A DNA stretch of 64,000 bases from the human T2T-CHM13v2.0 reference genome, Homo sapiens (GCF_009914755.1 NC_060946.1); one strand, 5' to 3'. Shown: positions 31,980 to 54,230, counted from the stretch's first letter. The notes: generated by a model from the letters alone, not told the origin. Numbers and translations are program-made.

Positions 31980-32589
31980 TGTTTACTGTCATGTGTGTTC
32001 CTCCCTACATGACTCAGTACCTCCAAACATACACATATATCTCACACCCACCCTACCTCCTGGAAACATGTTCCCTGGCCCCACACACACCATGCACACA
32101 CCATGCTCACACACATGTGCCTGCCCAATGTGCGCCCACGCCAGCAGCAGCCCTGGGTGGTGGTATGAGGTTTGGGCTGCAGAACCACCACCTCCAACCC
32201 AGCGCTGACATGGACAGGCCACCTCTGGAGCGTCACCATGTGGGACACGGCAGGCACCTGCTCACGTCCTGGCCTTGCCCTTCCTTGAAGGGTGGAGCAA
32301 CCATGGTCCTCTGGTGACCCTACCTTGCGGGTGGGCAGCTTCATGCTGGTCTTGGATTCCTGCCAGAGGCTGGAGGCCTGGTCTTCCCTCCTCATTTGTA
32401 GGAAGGGCTCAGGGCTCGGTGGGTAAGCCAGACACTGAGCTAGGTCCTTCTTGCCCAGCTGGGGAAACCGAGGCTCGGGTGCCACAGCGGAGGTCACAAG
32501 CCAGGACCAAAAGGCTTCTGCTTGACCACACTGTCCCACCCCTGGCCCAGGGCTGGCCAAGCAGCTCCAGTCACCCAGGCCTTCTCTAA

Positions 32590-32991
<402 letters not shown>

Positions 32992-33002
32992 TGACAAGAT
33001 GA

Positions 33003-33353
<351 letters not shown>

Positions 33354-33989
33354 CAGTTTCCTCCTTTCTGACGTGGGGAGAATAATAATCCCCATAGTCA
33401 CTGAGTAATTGCGAGGGATCATGGCCATAATCTCCATTCAGAGTTTATTTTAGAGCCGGGGATGAGTGTAAATAAGCGTGGCGTGTGTGCTTGTTTTCTT
33501 GTTTGAGTTGTTATTTCCTCTGGTGTGGGGAGGTTGGGGACTGGGCTTTGCTCTGTCCCCTCCGGTCTCTTCCCATCCCCTCCTTGGCACAGCCACATCA
33601 GCATTTTGGGCCTGGGACACCCCTCCTCCCATTTACAGAGCGGGCAGGACATGACTCATGCCTACACTGGCAGACACCGCCCTTGGCATAACTGGCTGCG
33701 CCTGAAGCTAATGTCCTAAGAGATTGTCTCTGGGGCTTAGGGATTTTCCTTCGGGTAATTGGGACGGAGGATGGAGTTTGGACCCTGTAGGAGCAGAGTT
33801 ACCCTAAAGAGCTGGATTCCTTAAGGATGTCCATGCCTAGGGCTCTGGCAGGAGACAGGAGTCTTAACTTTCAGGGTTCACATGGTGACTGGTAGGCTCC
33901 GGGCTTTTACTGGGGGACAGGGTCTCAGATGGAGGGAATGTACCTACCGTGTGCCTGTAAAATTTTGTCTCTCTTTGCCATTCCTGACT

Positions 33990-34122
33990 TCTGTAAACAT
34001 TGGATTTCTTCCCCTGCCTGACTGAACACTGGCCCTGTCTTGTTCACACCTGTATCTCTGGCTCCTAGTACAGTGCCTGGCACATAGTAGGAGACTGGTA
34101 AAAGTTTGATCAATAAATGAAC
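33990..34122 (+). mobile_element. L2 3' end
   Basis: TCTTGTTCAC..CCTAGTACAGTGCCTGGCACATAGTAGG. Confidence 0.75.
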
Positions 34123-34126
34123 AATG

Positions 34127-34478
<352 letters not shown>

Positions 34479-34929
34479 CTACTATTCAAAGCAGATAGGT
34501 TTAACCCATCTGAGAGGTGGGGAAACTGAGGTTTGGGAAGTTAAGAAACTTACCCATGCTCATAGAGGTAGGATTTGAATTTGAGTCTGCACACTGTGGA
34601 CTACCAACCAAAGCTGTCTCCTGACTCAGACTCCCAGTTGCCAGGTGCTGATCTCGAAGCCGCCCTCTCTGCCTTTCCCTCTAATCTGCCTTGAAGCCAG
34701 CAGTTCTCACCTGGATGCACCAGACGGAGGATGCTGACATGTGAGATGCTGTCCCCCCACTGGGAGTGGGAGACTCAGTGAGGCTCCTGGCAGGCAGGCG
34801 GTAACTCCACCCTCTCCCACTCAGGAAAGCAGGTTGGAGTGCTAGGGAGGCAGGGTGAGGAAGGTGATTCTGGGAGAGCCCCAGACACACTCTCATAGAT
34901 GGCCTCAGAGTCCTGCAAGACCCTGTCCG

Positions 34930-35340
34930 TTGTCTTCTCTCCAAAGTCAGCCCATGATACTTCCCTTCACTCTACTCCAGCTGTGCAAGCAGAAATTTCT
35001 GTTCCTTCCATGCCCCAAGCTCTTTTCTGACTCTAGACCTCATGGCTTTCCCTTGGCCGGCTCCCTCTGACTGTAGGTCATTCAGCTGATAGGTCACCTC
35101 CTCCAGGAATCCTTCCTGATCACCCAATTTGTGCAGCCCAGCTGCTATTCACATCACAAACCCTGTTCCCATCACCTCCCTTGTCACATGCTACTGTCTT
35201 TGTCTTGGTGCATGGCTTATCCATTGCCTGTCTTTTCCACCTTCCACCTGCTCTAAACTCCACGTAAACAGGAAATTGTGAGTTTATCCACATTGCTCTA
35301 TCACCAAACATGGAGTATGGCACATAATAGGTCAATATCA
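34930..35340 (+). mobile_element. L2 fragment
   Basis: GTCACCTCCTCCAGGAATCCTTCCTGA..TAAACTCCACG..TGGCACATAATAGG. Confidence 0.65.
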
Positions 35341-35382
35341 TCTTTTGGAAAAATTGGAAAAAGAGCAACTTTTAAAAATTCA

Positions 35383-35792
<410 letters not shown>

Positions 35793-35858
35793 TTAGGAGG
35801 GAACTTGTTTTCCAAGCCAGTCCTTCTATTGTGAGTCAGTGATTCTAGGAAAGAGTGG

Positions 35859-36190
35859 TGTCATAGGTTGGGTTCCCCCAGAAGCAGAGCCTAAGTCAAG
35901 GGTGCAAAGGCAAGCAGTTTATTTGGGTGGCAGTGTACCATTAGGGTGAGATAAGGAGCAGGTTACCTTGGGGAACAGCTGGGGCTCAGCTGTGCTGGGG
36001 ACCTCTGGGAGCCTATAGAACATGCCATTAAATTATCCGACTTGAGTGCTAGGTAGCTGGGGTATTTATCCCCCAGCAACAGAAAGTTATCCACTAGTGC
36101 TGAGAGGATTTGGGTGGAGTCCAACAGTGTTTGGTATGACAGAGTAGGCTCTTCCCAGGCACCCTGTGGTGCCTGGGGTGGCACACCTCT
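35859..36190 (-). mobile_element. ERVL LTR16-like solo LTR
   Basis: TGTCATAGGTTGGGTTCCCCCAGAAGCAGAGCCT..GCAAGCAGTTTATTTGGG. Confidence 0.65.
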
Positions 36191-36638
36191 TGTGAGGACC
36201 TGGCTGGCTCCAGCAGGCAGAGGGCGACCGTGGCTCAGGTGAACCAGCGCATGAGGTCAGAGGCTCTGACAAAGGAGTGGCTTCCCTGTTCCTGCTTCTG
36301 CCTGAGATCCAGGGCTGTTTGCAGAAAGGTGACTCTTTAGGCATGTAAGGATCTCTGAGCCCAGAGAGGTCATTTTCTTGGGGTCCCCTTTTAAGAATGA
36401 ACTGTATCATCGTCAGAGCTGTTGTATCCTGAGCACCTGCTGTATACACTTTCCAGGCCTCTTTGCTTCCTTGCATCTTTTGGGATGGAGTTGGGGCGAG
36501 GGGTCCACTCTATCCCCTTGGGATGGGAGACAAGGCCTGTTCCTCCTCCTGCTTTCCAGCCACGTTCCTGCATTTGTGCAGAAGCTGTGCAGCCTAACTC
36601 CAGGCTCCTGCCTCATCCCGTCTCTGTTTGTATGTTAG

Positions 36639-37500
<862 letters not shown>

Positions 37501-38098
37501 GAACAGTTGTACAGAGGGATACAGACAAGGGGAGGAGACTGGGGGCACCCAGCTGCTACTCCTGCATGTCATCCCCTGACCACAGTGTCCTCTGAACTAA
37601 CTGGTGATTATGCTGGATAAAATTGGCATCTGGGAGAAGTGAGGGCAGGTGGTGTTCATCTGAATGCAGGAGAGTGTAGAGTGTTTTCTCTAACAAGGCT
37701 AGGTAAGTCATCTTCAGGGGAGGGGCTTACAAGGACTCATTGGGGAAGCGACCCCTGTGTATGCAGGTGGCTATGCTAAGAGCTGGTGATAGAGCAGGGT
37801 GTCTCGGTGGAGGGCTCCCTCTCGGACTCAGAGGCACATTTTAGAGCTTCATTGCTGGTGGCTGAAAAGCACAGCTTAGGTCCTTCTGTGTATCTTATAG
37901 AGATGAAAGTAAAGGGCATCGGGAACCAGCGAGGAGACCCTCCCCACATGTGCACTCACACGAGCCTTATGGATTACACGTTTCCTTACAGCATGGCCCC
38001 TGGGTTGGCCACTGGAATTGCCATTCCTTTTCAGACTTAGCTTTGGGAGGCAGTGTGTCAGCCTGGAGTGCGGGCGAGTACTTGAAAGCCTTAAGTTC

Positions 38099-38515
38099 TG
38101 TCTTATGTTGGGTTCCCTAGAAGGAGAGCTTGAGATAGGAATTCTGTGAAAGTGATTGATTTGAGTTGTGACTCATGCATCCCCGAGAGAGGGAGACAGG
38201 ATAATAGGGCAGGGGAGGGGACATTTGGCCTCAGTCTGATCCCCTGGGGCACTCTGAAGCCACAGAGTAAGTCCTGCCTTGGGGCAAGGGTAAGTAGCCC
38301 CTCGTGTCCCTTGGAAGCCAGTCATTGGCTGTGGGAGTGAGGGATTTACCAGGAGGGGTGGAGACTGTAGGGCAGCATGTTGGAGGACAGCCCTCCTGGA
38401 AAAGGGTGTAACTGTAAACTGAGCAGACAACTGTCATAGCAGCTGGGGGATGGGTGCCGCAGCAGGAAAGGGGATTTGGGGGAGGGGCAGATCCAACAGC
38501 ATCTCCCATAGGTTG
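38099..38515 (-). mobile_element. ERVL LTR16/LTR33-like solo LTR
   Basis: TGTCTTATGTTGGGTTCCCTAGAAG..GAGAT; similar start to 35859 and 43569. Confidence 0.55.
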
Positions 38516-39711
38516 CAGTGCTAGATTCATCCTTAATTGGCTGTGTGACCTTAGGCAAGCCTCTCGGGGCCGAATTTTACCTTCTGTATGCCAGGGGCCT
38601 GCATAGAGTCACTGTGGGCTCCATCCCATTCTTACCCTCTATGCAGTGACTTATTTTCTCATGTAAACATTGATTTGCTTCAGCAAATGTTTATTGTGTA
38701 CCCATCACATGCCAGGCAAGGATCTCTACGACAAAAAGGATCTCTGCCTTCAGGAAGCAAGGCAGACGAGTAACCAGGCATAAAACAGTGGGGTTGGTGT
38801 CACAAAGAAACAGAGAGTTCTGGGAACCAAAGCCTACCTGGGCTGGCTGCAGGGGTCTGGAAGGCTTCCTGGAAGAAGTGGTATCTAATTAGGGACCCAT
38901 GCGCATTAGCTCTCACGAGTACTGATGTCACTCAGGAAAAAGAGAAGGCGACTGGCAGCTTTCTGCGGGTCTCTTTCCCATCCCAGGATGGAATTCTTCC
39001 AGATTTTGACTTCTCCCATGTCTTGCTTGAGAGGGGAAATTGCCGGTATGAAAAACAATCATGACAAAGCTGACATGTCGATGTCCGGGATAAGTGAGTT
39101 AGGAGCTGGGAGGGAAAGGGTGCTGGTATAGGGGTTGTTGGTGTTGAGAACGCATGGCTTGTGGGAGGCTGGTGGGGCTGGTGCCCTGGGTGAGGGGCAG
39201 GAGATGAGGTCTTAGTGGTAGACAAGAACAAATAATGCAAGGCTGTGGTGGTGAGGGGTGTGGACTTCATTTTGTGAGCACCTGGAGGCCACTCGAAGTT
39301 TGGGGTTTGCCTCCTTAAGCATAACATACATACAGGAAAGTACACACATCTTAGGTGTCAACTAGACACACGTTTACGTATGTATACAAGATGTAATCAC
39401 GCATATCAAGATATAGAACATTCTCAGGTCCCAGAGAGCATCTTTATACCCCTTCCTAGTCACAGTCCCCAAAAGTAATTGCTGTTCTACCTTCCGTTAC
39501 CCTAGAGCTCACTTCATATAAATTTTGCCTGAATTTCATACACATGCCGTTTTACAGAACAGTTTAGAATGCTGCTTGTTTTGCAAACCTTAATGCCTGT
39601 CGTATTTATCCATGTTTTCTTCTTGTTGCAGTACAAATATTCTTGACTTATAATGGGGATACGTCCTGATAAACCCATCATAAGTCAAAAGTATTGTCAA
39701 AGTTGCATTTA

Positions 39712-40015
39712 GGCCAGGTGTGGCAATATACACTTGTAATCTCAGCGCTTTGTGGGGCTGAGGCTGAAGGATCGCTTGAGCCCAGGAGTTTGAGACTAGC
39801 CTGAGCAACATGGTGAAACCCCATCTCTACAAAAAAATAAAACACAACAACAAAAAATTAGACGGGCATGGCAGCGGAGGCCTGTAGATCCGGCTACTTG
39901 GGAGGCTGAGGTGGGAGGATCACTTGAGCCAGGAGAACAGGGGTACAGTGAGCCATGACAGCACCACTGCACTCCAGCCTGGGTGACAAATTAAGACCCT
40001 GTCTCAAAAAAATAA
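39712..40015 (+). mobile_element. AluJ
   Basis: J diagnostics; TTGCATTT on both sides. Confidence 0.93.
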
Positions 40016-40030
40016 AAGAAATTGCATTTG

Positions 40031-40358
<328 letters not shown>

Positions 40359-40849
40359 TCACCTATTATAAAGTTTAAAAACTGTAAGTGGAACCATCAC
40401 AAATGAAACCATCCTATGTTGGGGACTATCTGCAGGTTTTTTTTTTTTATTGTTGTATTATATGCCATTATGTGAATATGCCACAATTTATGTATCAAAT
40501 GTAGTGCTGATGGACATTTGAGTGGTTTCCAGGTTTTGACTATTATGGAGGAAACTGTTATGAGCATTCATATATAAATTTTTCATGGACCCAAGCATTC
40601 ATTTCCACTGAGTAGATACCTAGGAGTGGAATTGCCGGCTCACAGGTTAGGTGTCGAGATTCAGCTTTTATAGGTCCTGCCAGTCTTCCAAAATGTTCGT
40701 GCCAATTTAAAAGCAGCTTTAGTTCCACATCCTTATCACCACTTGGTAATGCCAGTCTCTGTAATTTTAGCCATTGTGGTAGATGCGTAGTAGTACAGTA
40801 TTTTATAATCAATATAGTGTATAGTATACAGAGAGAGAGAGAGAGCACA

Positions 40850-41812
<963 letters not shown>

Positions 41813-41824
41813 GTAGCTTTCGAT

Positions 41825-42237
41825 GTTGTTGTTGTTGTTTTGAGACACGTCTGGCCCAGGCTGGAGTTCAGTGGCGCAGTCTTGGCTCACTGCAACCTCT
41901 GCCTCCTGGGTTCAAACTATTCTCATGCCTCAGCCTCCCAAGTAGCTGAGATTACAGGTGCATGCCACCATGCCTGGATAATTTTTGTATATTTAGTAGA
42001 GTTGGGGTTTCATCATGTTGGCCAGGCTGGTCTTGAACTCCTGGCCTCAAGTGAATCCGCCTGCCTCGGCCTCCGGAAGTGCAAGGATTACAGGAATGAG
42101 CCACTGCACCTGGCTTTTTTTTTTTTGAACAGAGACAGGTTCTTGCCATGTTTTCCAGGCTGGTCATGAACTGGCCTCAAGCAATTCTCCTGCCTCGGCA
42201 TACCAAAGTGCTGGGATTATAGGCATGAGCCAGACCC
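41825..42237 (-). mobile_element. AluS followed by a left-arm monomer (FLAM/AluJ half)
   Basis: Dimer 41825-42114; monomer 42115-42237. Confidence 0.88.
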
Positions 42238-42448
42238 TCATTGTATTTTTGTGTTTTCCCGATGACCAGTGAAGTTGAACTTTTTTTTCATGTGCTTATT
42301 GGTCACGTGGAGATTTTTTTCTGTGTATGTGTGTAAAGTAACCATTCGAGTCTTTTGTGCTTAAAAAAAAAAGAAATACAAAACTGAGTTGTCTTTTTTC
42401 TTATTGATTTATAGTTCTTTATATATTCTGAATAGAGTGCTTTGTAAA

Positions 42449-42607
42449 ATGTGTGTATGTGTATGTATGTGTATATATACGTGTGTATATATGTATGTGT
42501 GTATGTGTATGTATGTGTATATATGTATGTGTGTGTATATGTATGTGTGTGTGTGTATGTGTGTGTATATATATGCATGTGTATGTGTGTGCATGTGTAT
42601 ATACATA
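42449..42607. repeat. Imperfect (TG/TA)n alternating purine-pyrimidine repeat
   Basis: About 160 bp of TGTA/TGTG/TATA units. Confidence 0.95.
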
Positions 42608-43568
42608 TTTTTAATTCCAGTCTATGATTTGCTTATATCATTCTTAATGGTGTCTTCTAATGAACAGAAATTTTCTTTAAGATCAATCTATTCCATGTTT
42701 TCCTCTAGAAACTTTGTGAAAAATTTTCACTGAAAGCTTTTTATGTAGGGGATGAAATGTTTACAGTGGCATTTTGGAAAGTTGATGCCTGCCCCAATGT
42801 GGACCAGGCCAAGGGGGAGGCTGATAGAGTCCTCCAGGCAGGAGAAGGTGGTGGTCTGGACTGGGGTGGGGGAGATTGGCCCCAGGGGTAGATGCAGGGA
42901 AGTGGGGGATGTGGAGATAGATTCAGAGGCAGATTGAATAGGATTAGAGTGGGACATGATCTCTCAGAATCCTTTAGGGCACTTTCTATTTTAAAAAATG
43001 CTAACTCACGAGTCCCTGGACCAGACCATCTTGCCAGGCTTGTCCAGCCTTTCTCCCACACTGGGCAGGCCTGAGTGCCTGTTGGTTTTCAGATGATACC
43101 TGCTGTGTGGTCCTGTTGGCCCATAACACAGGATTCCTGTAGCTGGGAGAACCTGCATTTATAGCATCCTTGGGCTAAAGCAATTTCTACATTATGTAAA
43201 TAAGTATATATTTTTATGTTATATAAATATATGATATAAAATATATAATCATGTATGAGTCCACACATTTATATACATATACAGACATACATATATATAC
43301 ATACACATATTGCATCAGGAATCAGGAACTCCAAGTTCTAGTGGTAATTCTGACTGGCAAGTGTCCCACCTCTGGTTAGGAAAAACACTTCTCGAAACCC
43401 TTTCCCATTGTCCTGCCCTAAAAAACGAGCAGGCTTGCCTTATTTTTGGACTTAGCATTTGTCATGGAGGTGCTGTGGTTTAATGATCCAGGAAAAAAAC
43501 CACTTTGGAGTTTTTGCTCCTGGTAACCATTGGTAACCAGTGGGTAGGGGAAGCTGAGCATGTTCAGC

Positions 43569-44005
43569 TGTTTCAGGTTAGGCTCCCCCAGAAGCAGGCC
43601 CAGAGACAAGGATGGGAACATGAATGGCTTTTTGGGGAGCTGACTCTGGCAGCACTGTTTGATCAGAGTGGAAAGTGAGACAGGGAAGGCAGGAAGCTAT
43701 ATACAATGTTAACAAAACCACACACCTCAGGCTTCCTCCCCAGAGGAAGGAGGGAGCTGGGGTGTTGATACATCAACTTCCTTTAGTCTTTGGTGGAGGG
43801 CTGCTCTGGGGCATTAATGGGCTGCATTTCTGACCTGAGTTGCTCCCACAGCCAAAAACCAAGCCTTTAGCCAGAAAAACTGCAGATGTCCTCAGGCCAC
43901 CTTCTGCATCTAGAGGTGAAAACTGCAGATGTTCTTAGACCACTTTCTGCATCTAGAGGTGAATGCTGAGGGCACAGGGCTGGGCACCAGTGGTGGCTGC
44001 TGAAC
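43569..44005 (-). mobile_element. ERVL LTR16-like solo LTR with internal 43-bp tandem duplication
   Basis: TGTTTCAGGTTAGGCTCCCCCAGAAGCAGGCCCAGAGACAAGGAT..GAGGGAGCTGGGGTGTTGATAC. Confidence 0.65.
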
Positions 44006-44088
44006 CCTCCCTGAGAAACACTTGGATGCTGTGACATTTGTATATTTGGAAATTCAGTCCATTGAACTTTGTGTTTTAACTTCGTGGC

Positions 44089-44376
<288 letters not shown>

Positions 44377-44449
44377 TCTTTGGCATTTGTTTTAAACTTT
44401 TTTTTCCCTCTTATTACAAACACATTCATTTATCAGAAGGCAACACAGT

Positions 44450-44640
44450 AAAGGAATCAAGAGAGTGGGCTTCATGGTCTTAGTGTCTCTGAGCCTCAAT
44501 TTCCTCATCTGTAAAATGGGAGTAAAATACTACCTGCCTCCGAGGTTGCTGGGAAAAACCATTTTTTGTTTGTGAAGCATTTCATATAGAAACTGGCTAT
44601 ACATCCAAACACAAATACTTATCTTGTTATTATTACATAA
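44450..44640 (+). mobile_element. MIR
   Basis: TCTCTGAGCCTCAATTTCCTCATCTGTAAAATGGGAG. Confidence 0.85.
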
Positions 44641-44704
44641 AACTTACAACTACACAAAAAAGATTAAAATTAGCCATAGCCTTATCTCCTTTCACTTGGA
44701 GAGA

Positions 44705-45004
44705 TTTTTTTTTTTTTTTTTTGAGACGGAGTCTTGCTCTGTCGCCCAGGCTGGAGTGCAGTGGAACAATCTCAGTTCACTGCAAGCTCCACCTCCGGGG
44801 TTCACGCCATTCTCCTGCCTTGGCCTCCTGAGCAGCTGGGACTACAGGCACCTGCCACTACGCCTGGCTAATTTTTTTGTATTTTTAGTAGAGACGGGGT
44901 TTCACTGTCTTAGCCAGGATGGTCTTGATCTCCTAACCTCATGATCCACCCACCTCAGCCTCCCAAAGTGCTGGGATTACAGGCGTGAACCACTGCGCCC
45001 GGCC
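44705..45004 (-). mobile_element. AluY
   Basis: Y diagnostics; TSD CACTTGGAGA. Confidence 0.95.
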
Positions 45005-45124
45005 CACTTGGAGATAATTTTTGTAAACATTTTCACATGTGTTTCTCTAATACTTTCTCTCAGTATCCATACATTCAAATTTATATACCCATCCATGTGC
45101 ATCTATATCAAATAGAAAATAGGA

Positions 45125-45688
45125 TTTTTTTTTTTTTTTGAGCCCTGTCACCTGGGCTGGAGTATAGTGGTGAGATCTTGGCTCACTGCAGCCTCTGCCT
45201 CCTGGGTTCAAGCAGTTTTCCTGCCTCAGCCTCCTGAGTAGCTGGGATTACAGGCGTGCGCCACCACACGCAGCTAATTTTTTGTATCTTTAGTAGAGAT
45301 GGGGTTTCACCATGTTGGCCAGGCTGGTCTCGGACTTCTGACCTTGTGATCCGCCTGCCTCAGCCTCCCAAAGTGCTGGGAATACAGGCGTGAGCCACTG
45401 TGCCCGGCCAATTTTTTTTTTTTTTTGAGACAGGGTTTTACTCTGTTGTTCAAGGTGTTGTGCAGTGGTTTTATCGTAGCTCACTGCAGCCTTGAACTCC
45501 TGGGCTCCAGTGAGCCTCCTGAGTAGCTGGGTCTACAGGTACACACCACCACGCCTGGCTAATTTTTGTATTTTTTGTAGAGATGGGATCTCATTATGTT
45601 GCCCAAGCTGATCCTGAACTCCTGGCCTCAAGTGAGGCCTTGGCCTCCTGAAGCGCTGGGATTACAGGAGTGAGCCACCATACCCAAC
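45125..45688 (-). mobile_element. AluSg-like (45125-45408) in tandem with AluJ (45412-45688)
   Basis: Two antisense dimers. Confidence 0.92.
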
Positions 45689-45944
45689 TGAAATGGGATC
45701 TTCATGTCCATATTGTACCTAAATGTTTTAAAATTTAACTTTTATTGATTTGGCTAATACATTGACAAGATTCAAAGTGAAAAGTTACCAAAGTATAGAC
45801 AGTGAAAAGTCTCTCTCCCATCCCTGTCCCTCCATCTGCCCATTTCCCTGCCCTCCAGGAAACAAATTTAAAACTCACTTTTAATTGTATTTTATTTTTC
45901 CCCTGAAACTCTTTGTAACTGCTTTTAGCTAAAAGTGTAGAAGA

Positions 45945-46272
<328 letters not shown>

Positions 46273-46347
46273 TCACTAACTGTCAATCAGTGAATCCTGA
46301 ATGAATTCCTTGTAGGTGGCAAAGGTTATATTAGAAATGGAAAGGTT

Positions 46348-46664
<317 letters not shown>

Positions 46665-47069
46665 TTACTCCAAGGTGTTTTGGTATCATTCCGCCCTGGA
46701 GATAGAGATTTTCCTAGTGCTTGTATGCTAGTTAATACGGATGATGGATTTGGGGGTTGAGGGGCAGTGGTGGATCATGCAAACTTGTTGCACTTGGCAG
46801 TCTAAACCACAAGTGCTCTGTGCCTGTAATAATAACTCACTTCATTCGTTGGATCCTCCGCTAAGCAGAACCCTTCATTAACCCAAGACCTCTACTTTAC
46901 CTGCCTCGTGGTAGTGTCCCCTGCATTTAAGGCAGAGGGACAAAGACGCCAAAATAAACTCTTGTCAGTGATGCCAAAGGTCATACATAGTTCCTTCCCG
47001 TGGGGGAGTAATTTGTGGTTAAATTAAATAAGGTTGGGCCTGGGGTCAGACCATCAGCCCTGTGTCTTC

Positions 47070-47611
<542 letters not shown>

Positions 47612-47874
47612 TTAATGACATTTTAAATGAACTGATATTTAAATTTTAGTAAATACATGGGAAGTACAGTACCAGGACCTACCTCCCAGGATTTGATGCT
47701 GTGAAATGCTTAACAATTGGGAATGGGGGAATTAAGGTGTCTGGTCGCCTGGGGGGCGACCGAGACAAAGAACTTCATAGAGATGTGGGCTTTGGGGTTT
47801 TTCAGGCAGCCATTCAGCTCAATGCTGCCTCTTTCAGGAAGCCCTCCCCTTCTCTCCCCAGGCAAGTTAAGCTC

Positions 47875-48290
47875 TGTATGCGTTTCCTATTGTGCTGTAA
47901 CAGATTCTCACAATTCAGTGATTTAAGCAAATTTCTTACTTCACAGTTCTGATGGTCAGCAAGAGTGTGTCCCTTCTGAGGCTCTTGGGGAGAATCCATT
48001 TCCTTGCCTTTTCTGTTTTCTAGAGGCTGCTTCATTCCTTGGGTTTCGGCCCCACATCACTCTGTTTCTGTCCTCACGTTCTCTCTCTTTGACTCTGACT
48101 TTCCTGCCTTTCTCTTATAAGGACCCTTGTGATGACATTGGGCTCAGAGAATCCAGGATAATCTTCCTGTCTCAAGAGCCTTAACTTAATCACATCTGCA
48201 AAGTCCCTTTTGCTATGTAAGGCAATATATCTGCAGGTTTTCGGGATTAGGACCTGGACATTTTTGGGAAGCATTATTCTGTCTACTGAA
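47875..48290 (-). mobile_element. MaLR solo LTR (MLT1C/D-like)
   Basis: CTTATAAGGACCCTTGTGATGACATTGGGC..CCTTAACTTAATCACATCTGCAAAGTCCCTTTTGC. Confidence 0.85.
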
Positions 48291-48485
48291 AGCTCTTCTT
48301 CTTGTGGGTTTCAGTTATGCCTCTGAGCCTCACACTGCTGTGGTCACCATCTGTGGCCATGCCTGCCTCCAGCACCAGACCATGCCTCAAGGACAAGGAT
48401 GTTCTGCCCCCAAAACTTGCCAGAACGCCTGCTGTAAGCTGGGTGGGACCTGTGCTACCCTGGAGTTACAAGGTCTGCTAGTGTT

Positions 48486-49612
<1,127 letters not shown>

Positions 49613-49614
49613 GC

Positions 49615-50020
49615 TCACCATGTGGTTGACCTCTGTAAATCACTTTGCCTTTCCAAACCTCAATTCACCACCCTGTAAAATGGGGTTAATAATAATATCA
49701 ACCCCAGGAGGGTCGTTGAGGGTATTAACAGACATGCATGTAGAGCCTTTGGCATGTCACCCAGCACTTGGGTAGCACTTAATAACACAGCCACTATTGA
49801 TGCTTCGAGGATATATAAAGTGGGATTTAGATTGAGGCCACCTGATTTCAAATCCTGGCTCCACCACATGGGCCAGTTGCCAAACCTCCCTTGTTGTCCT
49901 CATCCATGAAATGGGCCTCATCATGAAACCCAACCTCAGAGGGTGGGTTGAATGGGGAGATTCATTTAACGTGCTGTCTGGCACAAAATCATTGTTAATG
50001 ATTTGAGGATGATAATGACT
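49615..50020 (+). mobile_element. Two MIR fragments
   Basis: CTGTAAAATGGGG..GAGGGTATTAA and TTCAAATCCTGGCTCCACCAC..TCTGGCACA. Confidence 0.7.
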
Positions 50021-50459
50021 AATAACCAGACTTTCCCAGGGCCCAGCACTTACAGATCTAAGGACAGTGGAGCCCAATAAACTTGCAATGGTTCACTGAA
50101 TTCCCTTTTTGTGGTTAGGCCAAGTGTGTCTCTTCAGCTACACAGAGGCCCAGAAATAGGTCTGTTGTCATGCCCTGAGGCTGGCAGTGCCAGGCCCTGA
50201 TGCATTCATGGAGCCTTGGACTTAGGTGTGGGAGGAGGAGGAGCCAGTGGTTGCCTGAAGGGCATGGGAGGCACAGAGATACTCCTGGGAAAACCAGGAG
50301 AGGACCTGTCAGCTGTCATTTTGTCACTTTGGGTTTATTGGTATAGATGGCATGGAAACGGGAATGTGGAGTGGAGGGGAGAGTGCAGTGCTGTGGACAG
50401 AGATGGACCCGAGACTTCACAACACCAAGACATGGGTTCAGTCTCAACCACCCTTTTAG

Positions 50460-51157
<698 letters not shown>

Positions 51158-51435
51158 CCCTTCCCTACTTTTAATCAAGAACTGACAAGTGACAGACTGG
51201 TGTGGAACACAGGCCAGACTTGTGAACAGTATCTGCTTACCCATTTGTCCCTCATCCCACTCTCTCCACCTGTGAAACAGGACATGATTCGACAGTGGAT
51301 AAAGGTAGACTCCCTTGAATTACTGCCTCCCCAGATTGTTCTGTTAGAGAGCTATTGCTTTGGATCTTAAACATTTAGGCAGTTCCCCTCTCCCTGCCCG
51401 CCTGCAATCCCATCAACTCACAAATACATCTGTGA

Positions 51436-51754
<319 letters not shown>

Positions 51755-51984
51755 CTCTATTTGCACATTTATTGTGCATTTGTAGAGACCTACTATGTGC
51801 GGAGTCTGCTGGTAGGTGTTTTACATGCACTATCTCTTTTAATCCTCAGATTTGAAGTAAGTATCATTGACCTTACTCGTAAAGAAACTGATCTTTGAGA
51901 GGTGAAGTGGCTCCGTTAAAGGAACCACAGCCACTGTGTGCACTTAGAAGACATTTGTCCACTGAATCCATTTGTGCCAAGCTC

Positions 51985-53380
<1,396 letters not shown>

Positions 53381-53471
53381 CTGCCAGAGAGCTTGCATCT
53401 GCACTGTTGACGCCAATATCATGTTCTTTCCACTTTACTGGTGATTTTCCCTGTTCAGATTAAACACATAA

Positions 53472-53846
<375 letters not shown>

Positions 53847-53849
53847 CTT

Positions 53850-54230
53850 TTCCCCTTCTCAAAAGTTAAATATGTTTGTTTTGAAAGGAACCTTGCAAAA
53901 ACTCTTTTGTAAACAAAACCAGTGTTGCTTGCTTTAAGTAGAAAAATAACAGTAAAAATTAAATACAATAAAAACAATCAGCTGCTACTACAACAGCTAA
54001 TAGTCTGAGCATGAGGCTGTATTCCTCTGTTAAATTGGGAGATGAGCAGATGATGGAGATGTAGGTGTTAAAGTCATAGTGGCACCCAGCAGAGACTGTC
54101 TAGCAACTTCTGAAAGCTCCCATGAGGATTAGAAAGGAAACCATGCGCTTTAGTGCTGTGCCTGGATACCAGAGCCTCCTAAAGTCGTCTTGTGTCCCAG
54201 GTGGCTACCTCCCACCTCTCAGGATCTCAG
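53850..54230. mobile_element. Old hAT-Charlie-like fragment
   Basis: GGGAGATGAGCAG..GGTGTTAAAGTCATAGTGGCACC..GAGACT, similar to 23940-24010. Confidence 0.45.
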
